From Candidatus Latescibacterota bacterium (GTDB lineage Bacteria > Latescibacterota > UBA2968), in the NCBI GenBank assembly GCA_965208125.1, contig OZ242320.1, positions 1,856,001-1,920,000 of the forward strand: 64,000 nucleotides of DNA, written 5' to 3'. Both the position numbers and the translations under genes were made by a program. This document shows, one piece after another, positions 49,942 to 59,971 of the stretch. The stretch's first letter is position 1; every line of letters starts with the position of its first letter. The notes beneath the pieces were generated by a model. That model saw nothing but the letters and a program-made list of their open reading frames with translations. It was not told the origin of the DNA and did not search any database.

Positions 49942-50607
49942 TTACCCCCCCAATATGCTTCTGCCATAGCAACAGTGCTGCTTTACTGAACACTCATTAC
50001 ATAGAGGATTGCGGCTACGACAGATAAGCGCTCCGTGGTCAAGGAGCGCAAAATTAAATTTACGTGGATGTTTAGTATCAACAAGGATCTCTAACAGGTT
50101 ACGGAATTTTTTGCTACGTCTGGATCCATCAGTCACAGGGATATCCAGAAGCCTCCCGCATATCCTGACTGTATTGGTGTCCAGCAGGGCATCGGGATAC
50201 CCATAAGCAAAACACCGAATTGCTGTTGCGATATAATGGCTGACCCCAGGCAGTGATTCCAGATCTTCACGCTCAGTAGGAATTTGATCCCCAAATCTTG
50301 AATGTAACTCCTGAGCCATGTTATAGAGTAACTCTACGCGCCAGTGCAACCCCAATGGGTAAATCAAAGTTTTAAGTTCTTCGATAGATGCCTTGGCCAG
50401 TTGACTGACGGATGGATACTTTGCTAAAAATTTCTGATACGTCGGCACGACTTGATCAGCACGAGTTCTATGGAGAAGCACTTCAGCAATGGCAATCGCA
50501 TACGGGTCTCGTGTTTCTCGCCAGGGATAATTCCGCTTATTTTTGTTCCACCAGGCAAGCAAATCCTTGCGAAAGGTTTTCAAATCGAAATTGTCGGGAA
50601 AATTCAT
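49942..50607 (-). CDS. HhH-GPD DNA glycosylase with 4Fe-4S motif, MIG (T:G mismatch)-like
   Basis: YPWR, AEVLLHRT, HhH LPGVSHY (Tyr at the MIG position), DTN, C-x6-C-x2-C-x5-C; lacks the MutY C-terminal domain. Confidence 0.85.
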   Translation of the reverse strand: MNFPDNFDLKTFRKDLLAWWNKNKRNYPWRETRDPYAIAIAEVLLHRTRADQVVPTYQKFLAKYPSVSQLAKASIEELKTLIYPLGLHWRVELLYNMAQELHSRFGDQIPTEREDLESLPGVSHYIATAIRCFAYGYPDALLDTNTVRICGRLLDIPVTDGSRRSKKFRNLLEILVDTKHPRKFNFALLDHGALICRSRNPLCNECSVKQHCCYGRSILGG

Positions 50608-50608
50608 C

Positions 50609-52219
50609 TCACGGAATCACACCTTTCCGCTTCAGTACATCGTGGACGATATCTGCAATCTGTCTGGCCAAAAGAGGTGGCACAGCATTACCAACCTGAA
50701 CGTATTGCGATGTACGTGGACCGCAAAAAAAATAATTATCCGGGAAGGTTTGAAGTCTTGCTGCCTCCCGGACAGTGAGGCTACGGCACTGCGTCGGATC
50801 GTGATGGATATAGTAATGCCCGTCTTTCGATATATGTGAAGTGACTGTAGTGGCAAGTCTATCGCCAATCTGCACCCGAAATCGATCACTAAAAAGAGGT
50901 TTCCCATTGGCAGCGCGTTTTGCGTTCTTGTGGGCAGGCAAAAGATCGGTGGGAAAATTTTCTAATTTTGGAGATTGCCTCTCAATCTCTGCGAAGCAAG
51001 CAGCATAGAAATAGCGATATAGATCACTCACCATATGCCCGCGCGTGGTGTGGTTGCACACGCCTTCGATACGAGAATCGAGAAACCACTCGGGTTCATA
51101 GTCGATAGCCGTATCACAAGAGATGAACTCACCACCGCGATCAAGGTCAACACTATGGCGAATTTCTTTTAATGCAGTATCCAATTTTTCATGAATTTTG
51201 CCATTCCCTTCTGTTTGCGGCGAAACAAACCAGGGATACTCAGCCATTTTATACAGCCACTTGCGCCAGGCGTCAGCACTATCTTTTTCTCGGGATAATC
51301 CGCTTCTTAATTCGGGTAATCCGGACAATACCTTGCCCGCGGCAACAGTACTCTGTGGTTTAAGAGTCTTTGGCTTAATATCATTAATATCAATAATATC
51401 TTCCCGGATTCCGAGGATAATAACACGATGACGTGCCTGGGGAATACCAAAATATTCCATATGAACTACAAAATCAGAAAGGTTTAAATTACTGACTTCA
51501 CCGGGTTTAATCAACGAGTATAATTTGTATCGACACGGCTTGCGGACCTGCTCAGATATCTGAACCGGACGGTCCTCACGTTTCAGGGCTTCTTCTGGTT
51601 CCTGAAGATCCTTATACATACGTTTGAAGATGTACTGGTTCTTTAAGGTAGCGGACAATAATCCTTTGACGTTTTCCATCACAAAGATAGCTGGTTGGTA
51701 TTCCGCAATGATTTGTAAGTATTCTAAATATAAATATTGTCGGTGATCTTTTTCTGCCTGATAATCAGAGTTCCCACGATTACGAGATCTACCGACAACA
51801 GAGTATGCCTGACAGGGAGGCCCACCGATCAACACCCACTCACAATCCTCTAAAGCATCCTGAATCCATTTATGAATTGTATGAGGATCATCTTTTCCCA
51901 ACTCGGCAAGACGTGCTTCTTGTTGAACTTGTTTATATTTTTCGGGGTACCGACTAAACAGCTTATTTCGTCGCTCATTTTCTCGAATACCAGCCTGGCG
52001 CAGATAATTATAGTAGGCATCCGGGACCTTGTCATGGGGAAACTGGCGAAAGAAGCTACGCAACTGAAGTGTCTGGTGAGCCACAGGATCTTTTTCTATA
52101 GAGAGTTTGATCTGAAAAGGATGCTCACCAGAATATTTATAAGCAGAAAACCCCTCGCCCAGTCCGCCTGGCCCAGCAAATAAGTCAATAACAGGAATTT
52201 TAGTAGTATTTCCCGGCAA
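50609..52219 (-). CDS. DNA (cytosine-5) methyltransferase (DrmMII-position)
   Basis: DLFAGPGG, GGPPCQ, ENV, QARHR, RSLTVREAARLQTFPD, GNAVPP. Confidence 0.96.
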   Translation of the reverse strand: MPGNTTKIPVIDLFAGPGGLGEGFSAYKYSGEHPFQIKLSIEKDPVAHQTLQLRSFFRQFPHDKVPDAYYNYLRQAGIRENERRNKLFSRYPEKYKQVQQEARLAELGKDDPHTIHKWIQDALEDCEWVLIGGPPCQAYSVVGRSRNRGNSDYQAEKDHRQYLYLEYLQIIAEYQPAIFVMENVKGLLSATLKNQYIFKRMYKDLQEPEEALKREDRPVQISEQVRKPCRYKLYSLIKPGEVSNLNLSDFVVHMEYFGIPQARHRVIILGIREDIIDINDIKPKTLKPQSTVAAGKVLSGLPELRSGLSREKDSADAWRKWLYKMAEYPWFVSPQTEGNGKIHEKLDTALKEIRHSVDLDRGGEFISCDTAIDYEPEWFLDSRIEGVCNHTTRGHMVSDLYRYFYAACFAEIERQSPKLENFPTDLLPAHKNAKRAANGKPLFSDRFRVQIGDRLATTVTSHISKDGHYYIHHDPTQCRSLTVREAARLQTFPDNYFFCGPRTSQYVQVGNAVPPLLARQIADIVHDVLKRKGVIP

Positions 52220-52268
52220 GATTTACCTTTCGTTGGAAGGAGAAGTCGCGTTTAGACAGCGTCCCCTA

Positions 52269-52302
52269 TGGATTGCGGCTAACACCAGGCCGCAATGACG
52301 AT
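52269..52302 (-). repeat. Palindromic repeat, right boundary of DISARM-like island
   Basis: tggattgcggctaacaccaggccgcaatgacgat; same family as 17011-17042. Confidence 0.9.
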
Positions 52303-52312
52303 TGCAGAGAAC

Positions 52313-52882
52313 CTACCATCTCAAATCAGCAATCCGAAGCTCAAACCCGGGCAATTGATCAGAATTATAAACATCCCCCTCCTGCAATTCCCGAGACAGA
52401 TAATCGCGCTCGCCACGCGAAAGAACTGTAACAACCCGTCGAAAAGGATCGACAATCACATATTCTGCCACACCTGTATCAAAATATTCTCCACGCTTCA
52501 AAATATAATCTCGCTCTTCGCTCCCCTGGCTCACAACCTCAAAAACGAGATCGGGAACCAGATCGTAAATATGTTCAGCAGACACATCCTCCAAATACAC
52601 GGCAATATCACCGACCCGGTCCGTCTGATCCGAAGTCCGGATCCAGCCCTCGGGCGCAATGAGTTCAATCGCTCCCAAATGGGTATGTCTATACACATAG
52701 AGCTTTTCGAGAATAGCGGAAACGACCTGCATATGCGGCAAATCGCTCGGCTCCATCACAACCAATCGCTCTTCCACGCGCTCATACCGATACGGCGCAT
52801 CCCACTCCGCCTGGGCAAACTCCTCATCCGTCATCAATCGCCCCTGATCTTTCAAACCCAATTTCAAGTGTGTTTTTGTCAT
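52313..52882 (-). CDS. Uma2 family endonuclease-like protein
   Basis: RYERVE..LVVM.P...H, PDLVFEVVS, DYILKR.EY, EYVIVDP, LPGF. Confidence 0.9.
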   Translation of the reverse strand: MTKTHLKLGLKDQGRLMTDEEFAQAEWDAPYRYERVEERLVVMEPSDLPHMQVVSAILEKLYVYRHTHLGAIELIAPEGWIRTSDQTDRVGDIAVYLEDVSAEHIYDLVPDLVFEVVSQGSEERDYILKRGEYFDTGVAEYVIVDPFRRVVTVLSRGERDYLSRELQEGDVYNSDQLPGFELRIADLRW

Positions 52883-52887
52883 AATAC

Positions 52888-53463
52888 TCACCATCCCAAA
52901 TTGGCAATCGAAAACTCAAACCCGGGCAATTGATCAGAAGTATAAACATCGCCCTCCTGCAATTCCCGAGCCAAATAATCGTGCTCACCGCGCGAAAGAA
53001 CTGTAACCACCTTTCGAAAGGGATCGACAATCACGTACTCTGCCACACCTGTATCAAAATATTCTCCACGCTTCAAAATATAATCTCGCTCTTCACTCCC
53101 TCTGCTTACAACCTCGAAAACAACGCGGGGAATCCTCTCGGACTGTTGATCGGACTGCGGCTCATCTTCCGTGAGATAAACGCCGACATCCGCCATGCGG
53201 TCCTGTCCTTCCCCCGTGCGAATCCACGCCTCTGTCGCTGCCATTTCAATTATTCCCGGATGGGCTGCATCGTAAAGAGAGAGCTCTTTCACAACAGCCC
53301 ATACCAACCCCAAATGCGTCTTACCACTTGGCGACATAACCACAAGCCTCCCTTCCACGCGTTCATATCGATAGGGCGCATCGCACTCTGCCCGAGCAAA
53401 CTCCTCATCCGTCAGCAACCGCCCCTGATCTTTCAAACCCAATCTCAATTTTGTCTCCAGCAT
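52888..53463 (-). CDS. Uma2 family endonuclease-like protein (tandem paralogue)
   Basis: Same motifs; 3' third nearly identical in DNA to the downstream copy. Confidence 0.9.
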   Translation of the reverse strand: MLETKLRLGLKDQGRLLTDEEFARAECDAPYRYERVEGRLVVMSPSGKTHLGLVWAVVKELSLYDAAHPGIIEMAATEAWIRTGEGQDRMADVGVYLTEDEPQSDQQSERIPRVVFEVVSRGSEERDYILKRGEYFDTGVAEYVIVDPFRKVVTVLSRGEHDYLARELQEGDVYTSDQLPGFEFSIANLGW

Positions 53464-53477
53464 GGCCTGACCTCCGT

Positions 53478-54638
53478 TCACGACTCATCTCTCATCGCCC
53501 ACTGTTGCTTCTTCTCCCTCATCTCCGCATTCAATTCCACCTCGCGATGCGGCGTCTGATTCGCGCTATCCTGAACCCACTCACCCTCGCGCGACTTCTC
53601 CACCGGCTGTCGCTGTGCCACATCTATAATCCCAAATGGGCGATGCGGCTCTTTTTGATACCAGTAAGCCACAGACGCCATCTCATTCGCCAGATGATTC
53701 CCGTGCCCGTGCTCAATCGTCACCTTAATCTCCTTTTCAAACCGCACGGGATTGGTCAAATGAAAAACATAAGACGTCTGATACCCCCCCGTATTCCGCT
53801 CGTAAATCGACGACCCATTCATCAAAAACGCATTATCCTGCATCCCCCACGCCTGATTGAGATAATCTTCGCTACCTGTACCGTGCAACTCCGGCGGCCA
53901 CTTGTACCCATCTACCCAGATCATATCATCGCCCTCGCCCCACCACGTCCCCTGAAAATTCGTCACCGACAAATTGCACCCAATATAATGCCCGACACCC
54001 GTCGCCTCCAGAATCGCGTAATTGCCATCCCACGCCTGCCGCTCAACATTGACAATATTCGCCTCTGGCGTATTGACGCGAATTTCATGCCCCCAGCCAT
54101 CGCAGGGATTTTCCCTGTGAAATTGCGCGTGAAAATACGCCGTATCTTCTCCCCAGGGATCGTCGTACAACTCGTAATCCACATAAAAATACTGCCGATA
54201 AGACTCATCGCCCTCATTCGTCACCTCAACGCGCGCAGAAAGATTAAACGGCATCAGCAAATAGCAATTCAGCGCGGCATTGGGCACAAACTGATTCTCG
54301 CGCTGTGCATTGGCAGACGCGGAAAAAGGCAGCGATTGAAAAGACGTGGAAATACCGTGCCCCAAACAAAAGAAATCTCCCAACGGCACCTCGACACTCG
54401 GATCGTCTTCACCATCCCAAAACATCTTCAAAACCACATTGCGAAAAGCACCCTCCCCGCTTTGCGTCATCCAAATATGCGTAATACACCCCGGTCCCTT
54501 GAGATCGGCCAACACGCGCGTCTCGCCGCCCTCAATAACCCATGCATCGCCATTGCGTCCACTGTTATCCCACGACGACGCCCGCAGCGTCCTCGCCTTT
54601 TTGGTCTGTGTAAGTGAAGCGAGCAAATGAGCGTCCAT
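53478..54638 (-). CDS. DUF2961 / GH172 family glycoside hydrolase
   Basis: SSWD.SG.NGD, GPGCITHIWMT, PLGDFF, WWGEGDD, GTGSEDY, IEHGH; start at MDAHLL. Confidence 0.93.
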   Translation of the reverse strand: MDAHLLASLTQTKKARTLRASSWDNSGRNGDAWVIEGGETRVLADLKGPGCITHIWMTQSGEGAFRNVVLKMFWDGEDDPSVEVPLGDFFCLGHGISTSFQSLPFSASANAQRENQFVPNAALNCYLLMPFNLSARVEVTNEGDESYRQYFYVDYELYDDPWGEDTAYFHAQFHRENPCDGWGHEIRVNTPEANIVNVERQAWDGNYAILEATGVGHYIGCNLSVTNFQGTWWGEGDDMIWVDGYKWPPELHGTGSEDYLNQAWGMQDNAFLMNGSSIYERNTGGYQTSYVFHLTNPVRFEKEIKVTIEHGHGNHLANEMASVAYWYQKEPHRPFGIIDVAQRQPVEKSREGEWVQDSANQTPHREVELNAEMREKKQQWAMRDES

Positions 54639-54662
54639 ATCTCCGATCCTTTCTTTTTTGCA

Positions 54663-54753
54663 GGCGACCACAGGGGGTCGCCCCTACAAAACCAGATTAA
54701 CAATATCATCGTAGGGGACGGCCCCTGTGCCGTCCCGTTCCCCGTGCCCGCCC
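54663..54753. repeat. GTAG-type REP doublet
   Basis: ggcgaccacagggggtcgcccctac ... gtaggggacggcccctgtgccgtccc. Confidence 0.85.
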
Positions 54754-54963
54754 AATCCACCCCTATCAACACCCAGAATATTCGGAATTTTACCCACCGC
54801 GTCAAAGGGTTTTTTTAGAAAAAAACAATACGTCAAAAAAATGTATGGTTTTCTCTATCGCACATGCGAAACCCGTTTTCCCCAGTCCCCGCTTTTTTGC
54901 TCTAAATCTCGCATATACAGGCAATTGGATGCACGCACAACCCAACACCAGTAAAATTGCGAT

Positions 54964-55011
54964 TTACATATATTTGGTATTGACTTTTTTGATAGACCAC
55001 CATATATTGTG
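54964..55011 (+). promoter_or_regulatory. nrdA promoter region with NrdR box
   Basis: TTGACT at 54980; accaccatatattgtg at 54996-55011 fits the NrdR consensus; weaker box about 31 bp upstream. Confidence 0.65.
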
Positions 55012-55329
55012 CTTGCAGTTGTTAGTGGAAATTTATCCTCTCCCCCCCTTTAACTATTTTTTGCAGATTCAAACAAATTATTACAACTGCGTAAGTTATT
55101 AATATTTTCGGGAAAACAAATCCATTATTCGCAGTCTCTCCCCACCTCTGCGATTGGGATTTCCAACCTTATGTTTTCCCGATTTGTTGTCTTAAAAACA
55201 AATCCCCAGGATCATTTTTTTACCCCTCCCCGTTGTGGTTTTTGTGCAGCGGTTACGGGTTTATTTTTTTTGCCAGAACGCGCGGGAGCAGGCTCCTATT
55301 GGTTCTCGGCTCGCATTTGGGAGGTATGC

Positions 55330-58218
55330 ATGGCCGAAATAGTTGACACTTTACTGGAAGCGGTTGATTTTGCGGTACGCAAACGCGATGGTCGGGTCGT
55401 GGATTTTGACCGCTCGCGCATTGAACGCGCGATTGAGGCGGCATTTAGAGCCGAGTTGGGATTGTCCAACGACCATTCATTGCCGCCCAAAATTGGAACC
55501 GATGTGTCGGAACTCACCGACGCTGTTATTACTGAAATTGAAAGTGAATTGCACGAGCCGGATGACAGCGTAGATGTCGAACGCATTCAGGATAAAGTCG
55601 AAATCCAGTTAATGCGTGCAGGCCATTTTGCGGTTGCCCGACGCTACATCGTCTATCGAGAAGATCACAAAAAAGCCCGCGTGCTCAGCGGCAAAGAAGA
55701 ACCCCAGGACCCCAACGCGCCCAAACTCCGCGTACAAACAGCCGACGGCAATCGCGAACCCCTGGATGCCAACCGCATTCGCACCGAGGTATTTGCCGTT
55801 TGCGATGACGAGGCAGATCCCCAGGCCCTGCTCAATGAAATATATCGCTCCCTCTACGACGACATCAAACCCGACGACATAGAACGCGCCATGATATTGG
55901 CAGCACGCAGCCGAGTAGAAAAAGAACCCGCCTATAGCAAAGTCGCAATGCGCTTGCTCCTCAATGTGATCTATCGCCACGCCCTCGGGTTCAAGCCCGC
56001 GCTTGAAGATAGGGACACAGCCTGTCGGCAGGGATTTGCAAAATTTATTGAAACGGGCGTTGAAAACGACCGCTTAGACCCCAAATTGCGCGTATTTGAT
56101 CTGGAGCGTCTATCTGCGGCCTTAAAACCCGAGCGCGATGAAGACTTTGAGTACCTGGGCGTACAAACGATTTTTGATCGCTATTTGCTCCACGTCAACG
56201 AGCGCCGTATTGAAACCCCACAGTTCTTCTGGATGCGCGTGGCAATGGGCCTCGCCTGGGACGAAGACGACAAAGAGGCGCGCGCCATTCAATTTTACGA
56301 AGTACTCTCTTCCTTCAGATTTGTCTCTGCCACACCCACCCTGTTCAATGCTGGCACCCTGCATCCGCAGTTGTCCTCGTGTTACTTGTCAACCGCGCAA
56401 GACGATCTGGAACACATTTTCAAAATGGTATCCGACAATGCCAAATTGTCCAAATGGGCAGGCGGTCTGGGCAATGACTGGACAAATGTGCGCGCGACAA
56501 ATTCCTATATCCGCGGCACAAATGGCAGAAGCCAGGGCGTCATTCCATTTTTGAAAGTCGTGAACGACACGGCAGTTGCCGTCAACCAGGGCGGAAAACG
56601 CAAAGGGGCGGTATGCTCCTATCTGGAAACCTGGCACCTGGACATCGAAGATTTTATGGAGTTGCGTAAAAACACGGGCGATGACCGCCGCCGCACACAC
56701 GACATGAACACGGCCAACTGGATCCCCGACCTGTTTATGAAGCGCGTCATGGAAAAGGGAACCTGGACCCTGTTCAGCCCGGATGAAGTCTCCGACCTGC
56801 ACGACTTGTACGGCAAAGCCTTTGAAGAAAAATACCTCGCGTATGAACAAATGGCCGAAGCCGGGGAACTGCAACAACATCGCCAGATCGATGCCGTGCA
56901 ATTGTGGCGCAAAATGTTGTCCATGCTCTTTGAAACCGGGCACCCGTGGATCACATTTAAGGACCCGTCCAACATTCGCTCGCCCCAGGATCACGCGGGC
57001 GTTGTCCACAGCTCGAACTTGTGTACTGAAATTTTGTTGAACACGAGCCGCGAAGAAACCGCGGTATGCAACCTCGGCTCCGTAAACCTCGTGGCACACA
57101 TCACACCCACGGGCCTCAACCGCGAGTTGTTGGAAGACACGATATCGACAGCACTCAGAATGCTGGACAACGTGATCGACATCAATTTCTATCCCACAGA
57201 AGAAGCCGCTACATCCAACAAACGCCACCGCCCCGTGGGCCTGGGCGTAATGGGATTTCAGGACGCGCTCTACCTGTTGAATTTGCCCTACGATTCGCAA
57301 GGGGCGGTTGACTTTGCCGACATCAGCATGGAAATGATCTCGTATTACGCCATCCTCGCCTCAACGCACCTATCCGAAGAACGCGGCACATATCACTCCT
57401 ACATCGGTTCAAAATGGGACCGCGGCATATTGCCCATCGATACCCTAACGGTGTTGGGACAAGAACGCGGGGCGTACCTCGAAGTCGATACATCCGCGCA
57501 CCTGGACTGGAATGTCGTGCGCGAGGCAGTCGCCAAACACGGCATGCGAAACAGCAACGTCATGGCCATTGCCCCAACCGCCACCATATCGAATATCTCG
57601 GGCGTGACCCAATCCATCGAGCCGATGTATCGCAACCTGTATGTAAAAGCAAATCTGTCCGGAGATTTTACCGTATTAAATCCCTACATGGTCGATGCCT
57701 TAAAAGCGCGCGACCTGTGGGACGACCAGATGGTAGATGATCTGAAATACTTCGACGGATCAGTCCAGGAAATCGACCGCGTGCCGCAAGACGTGAAAGA
57801 CCTCTACAAAACCGCATTTGAAGTGGCACCCGAGTGGCTCATCGAATGCGCCAGCCGCCGGCAAAAGTGGATCGACATGGGCCAATCGCTAAATCTGTAC
57901 ATCGCCGCCCCCAGCGGCAAAGCACTGGACGACATGTACAAACTCGCCTGGATACGCGGGCTGAAAACCACGTACTACTTGCGCTCACTCGCTGCGACCC
58001 AGATCGAGAAATCCACCATGGACATCAACAAACGCGGCGTCCAGCCCCGGTGGATGCAGTCCAAATCCGCTTCGAGCGATGTGCAAGTGCAACGCGAAGA
58101 TGCATCAGTTGAAACAGACGCGTCTCCCAACGGGCAGGTACACCAGACCCCTGCCGCCCCAGCACCAACAGCCGAGTCATGCGATATTACAGATGGCACA
58201 TGCGAGGCGTGTCAATAA
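55330..58218 (+). CDS. nrdA: Class I ribonucleotide reductase alpha subunit with two ATP-cones
   Basis: VRKRDG ATP-cone plus second degenerate cone, [42 protein letters not shown]-terminal CEACQ; start at MAEIV. Confidence 0.97.
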   Translation: MAEIVDTLLEAVDFAVRKRDGRVVDFDRSRIERAIEAAFRAELGLSNDHSLPPKIGTDVSELTDAVITEIESELHEPDDSVDVERIQDKVEIQLMRAGHFAVARRYIVYREDHKKARVLSGKEEPQDPNAPKLRVQTADGNREPLDANRIRTEVFAVCDDEADPQALLNEIYRSLYDDIKPDDIERAMILAARSRVEKEPAYSKVAMRLLLNVIYRHALGFKPALEDRDTACRQGFAKFIETGVENDRLDPKLRVFDLERLSAALKPERDEDFEYLGVQTIFDRYLLHVNERRIETPQFFWMRVAMGLAWDEDDKEARAIQFYEVLSSFRFVSATPTLFNAGTLHPQLSSCYLSTAQDDLEHIFKMVSDNAKLSKWAGGLGNDWTNVRATNSYIRGTNGRSQGVIPFLKVVNDTAVAVNQGGKRKGAVCSYLETWHLDIEDFMELRKNTGDDRRRTHDMNTANWIPDLFMKRVMEKGTWTLFSPDEVSDLHDLYGKAFEEKYLAYEQMAEAGELQQHRQIDAVQLWRKMLSMLFETGHPWITFKDPSNIRSPQDHAGVVHSSNLCTEILLNTSREETAVCNLGSVNLVAHITPTGLNRELLEDTISTALRMLDNVIDINFYPTEEAATSNKRHRPVGLGVMGFQDALYLLNLPYDSQGAVDFADISMEMISYYAILASTHLSEERGTYHSYIGSKWDRGILPIDTLTVLGQERGAYLEVDTSAHLDWNVVREAVAKHGMRNSNVMAIAPTATISNISGVTQSIEPMYRNLYVKANLSGDFTVLNPYMVDALKARDLWDDQMVDDLKYFDGSVQEIDRVPQDVKDLYKTAFEVAPEWLIECASRRQKWIDMGQSLNLYIAAPSGKALDDMYKLAWIRGLKTTYYLRSLAATQIEKSTMDINKRGVQPRWMQSKSASSDVQVQREDASVETDASPNGQVHQTPAAPAPTAESCDITDGTCEACQ

Positions 58219-58259
58219 ATAGATCGAGCGCAAGTCTCAAAAGATAGACACCAATAACT

Positions 58260-58293
58260 AAGGGAGTGCAGATTTACTTTACACTCCCTTTTT
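58260..58293 (+). terminator. Intrinsic terminator after nrdA
   Basis: aagggagtg-loop-cactccctt followed by a T run. Confidence 0.75.
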
Positions 58294-58350
58294 CGTTAAT
58301 ACACCAGGGCAGGTCAGAGTAATTTTTTTCAAAAAAAGTGCCTTTTGGGG

Positions 58351-58438
58351 TTGACAGTACGCGAGTACTTTTACTATAATAGGCACATCTTTACCACAAC
58401 ATTTTGTGCTCTTTTTTTCTTAATTACTAAATATTGTG
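58351..58438 (+). promoter_or_regulatory. nrdB sigma70 promoter with tandem NrdR boxes
   Basis: TTGACA-N18-TATAAT; accacaacattttgtg (58393) and attactaaatattgtg (58423). Confidence 0.75.
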
Positions 58439-58683
58439 TCGTAAGTAGAACTGCAACAATAATTTAAAGCGATAGAGGCATCGCTTCAGGATCATCCCTC
58501 TCCTCACAGTTTCTCCCCGGTGAACGAGCCCCTCGGTATGCTTGTCCAGGACCTGGATACATACCTATCCGGCAGAATGCGACCAAAGAAAAAAACATCG
58601 CTTGTATTCCCTCTAAAGCGGTATATAGACATCTATAAAATAATCATCCACAGGTCTCCCCGCAGAATATAAGGAGTTGTGAT

Positions 58684-59865
58684 ATGGCCAAGCTCATATT
58701 TGAAGACGAAGATGTTGAAAGTCATGCAAATATGGACTACCAAAACGGTGGTCACGCACAGCAAAACGGTATTCATGCACCCGTTGAAGCGGATAATACT
58801 CCCTCCGCGCTGTGTTGTGGTGCCACTGGCGAAGCGTATGACCTGACCAAGCGCATCAACCCGGAAGACAAGCGATTGCTCAACTGCCGGCAGGTAGATG
58901 TGAACCAGTTGATGCCCCTCAAATATGAATGGGCATGGGAACACTATCTCAACGGATGCGCCAATCACTGGATGCCGACAGAAGTGCCCATGCAGCGCGA
59001 CATAGAACTCTGGCGCTCAAATGCCCTGAACGACGCCGAACGAAAAGTCATCTTGCGAAACCTCGGATTCTTCAGCACGGGCGAAAGCCTCGTCGGCAAC
59101 AACATCGTACTCGCAATCTTCAAACACATCACAAACTCCGAAGCCCGGCAATACCTCTTGCGTCAGGCATTTGAAGAAGCCATACACACGCACACATTCC
59201 ACTACATCGTCGAATCCCTGGGGCTAAACGCACGCGAAGTATTCAACATGTATCACGAAGTCGCCTCCATCGAAGGCAAAGACAAATTCGTGATGGAACT
59301 AACCGAAGATGTACTGGACCCCAACTTCACAACACAAAGCATTGAAGGCATACAGAAATTCGTGAAAAATCTCGTCGGCTTTTACGTCATCATGGAAGGC
59401 ATATTCTTCTACAGCGGCTTTGTCATGATCCTCTCCTTCCATCGGCAAAACCGCATGACCGGCATCGGCGAACAATTCCAGTACATCCTGCGCGACGAAA
59501 CCATACATCTGAATTTCGGCATTGACCTGATCAACACCATCAAACTCGAAAATCCAGAAATATGGACAACGGAACTGCAGCGCGACATCTACGACCTCAT
59601 CCACGAAGCCGTGGAATACGAAGTCATCTATGCGCGGGATTGTGTGCCCGACGGCGTACTGGGCCTCAATGAAGAATTATTCCGCGAATACGTGCAATTC
59701 ATCGCCGATCGTCGCCTGGAACGAATCGGCCTACAAAGCGTATATGGATCGAAAAATCCATTCCCGTGGATGGGTGAAACCATTGACATCGCAAAAGAAA
59801 AGAACTTCTTCGAAACGCGCGTCACGGATTATCAAAGCGCTGGATCCTTGCAGTGGGATGATTAA
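58684..59865 (+). CDS. nrdB: Ribonucleotide reductase beta subunit, class Ic-type
   Basis: [45 protein letters not shown]. Confidence 0.96.
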   Translation: MAKLIFEDEDVESHANMDYQNGGHAQQNGIHAPVEADNTPSALCCGATGEAYDLTKRINPEDKRLLNCRQVDVNQLMPLKYEWAWEHYLNGCANHWMPTEVPMQRDIELWRSNALNDAERKVILRNLGFFSTGESLVGNNIVLAIFKHITNSEARQYLLRQAFEEAIHTHTFHYIVESLGLNAREVFNMYHEVASIEGKDKFVMELTEDVLDPNFTTQSIEGIQKFVKNLVGFYVIMEGIFFYSGFVMILSFHRQNRMTGIGEQFQYILRDETIHLNFGIDLINTIKLENPEIWTTELQRDIYDLIHEAVEYEVIYARDCVPDGVLGLNEELFREYVQFIADRRLERIGLQSVYGSKNPFPWMGETIDIAKEKNFFETRVTDYQSAGSLQWDD

Positions 59866-59929
59866 ACCTGAAACTTAAAAAATAATACATCTATTCAGGC
59901 TGACGGGGGAAGGGAAATCAGAGCCTGAT

Positions 59930-59964
59930 ACGGGGTGGAAGACACACATCTTCCACCCCGTTTT
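59930..59964. terminator. Intrinsic terminator between nrdB and epmA
   Basis: acggggtggaaga-cacaca-tcttccaccccgt-ttt. Confidence 0.85.
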
Positions 59965-59971
59965 GTTTAGA

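Noticed and set aside
49942-50607. Housekeeping mutY
   Set aside because: Too short, no C-terminal NUDIX-like domain, MIG-type residues, and island context.
55171-55329. Extended N-termini given by the ORF track (nrdA, NtrC, kinase, AKR, DrmE and others)
   Set aside because: Downstream starts have RBSs and match family N-termini; several extensions run through repeats or overlap neighbouring genes.
58440-58683. Cobalamin riboswitch upstream of nrdB
   Set aside because: No B12-box or conserved GGGAA/GCCACTG elements found.
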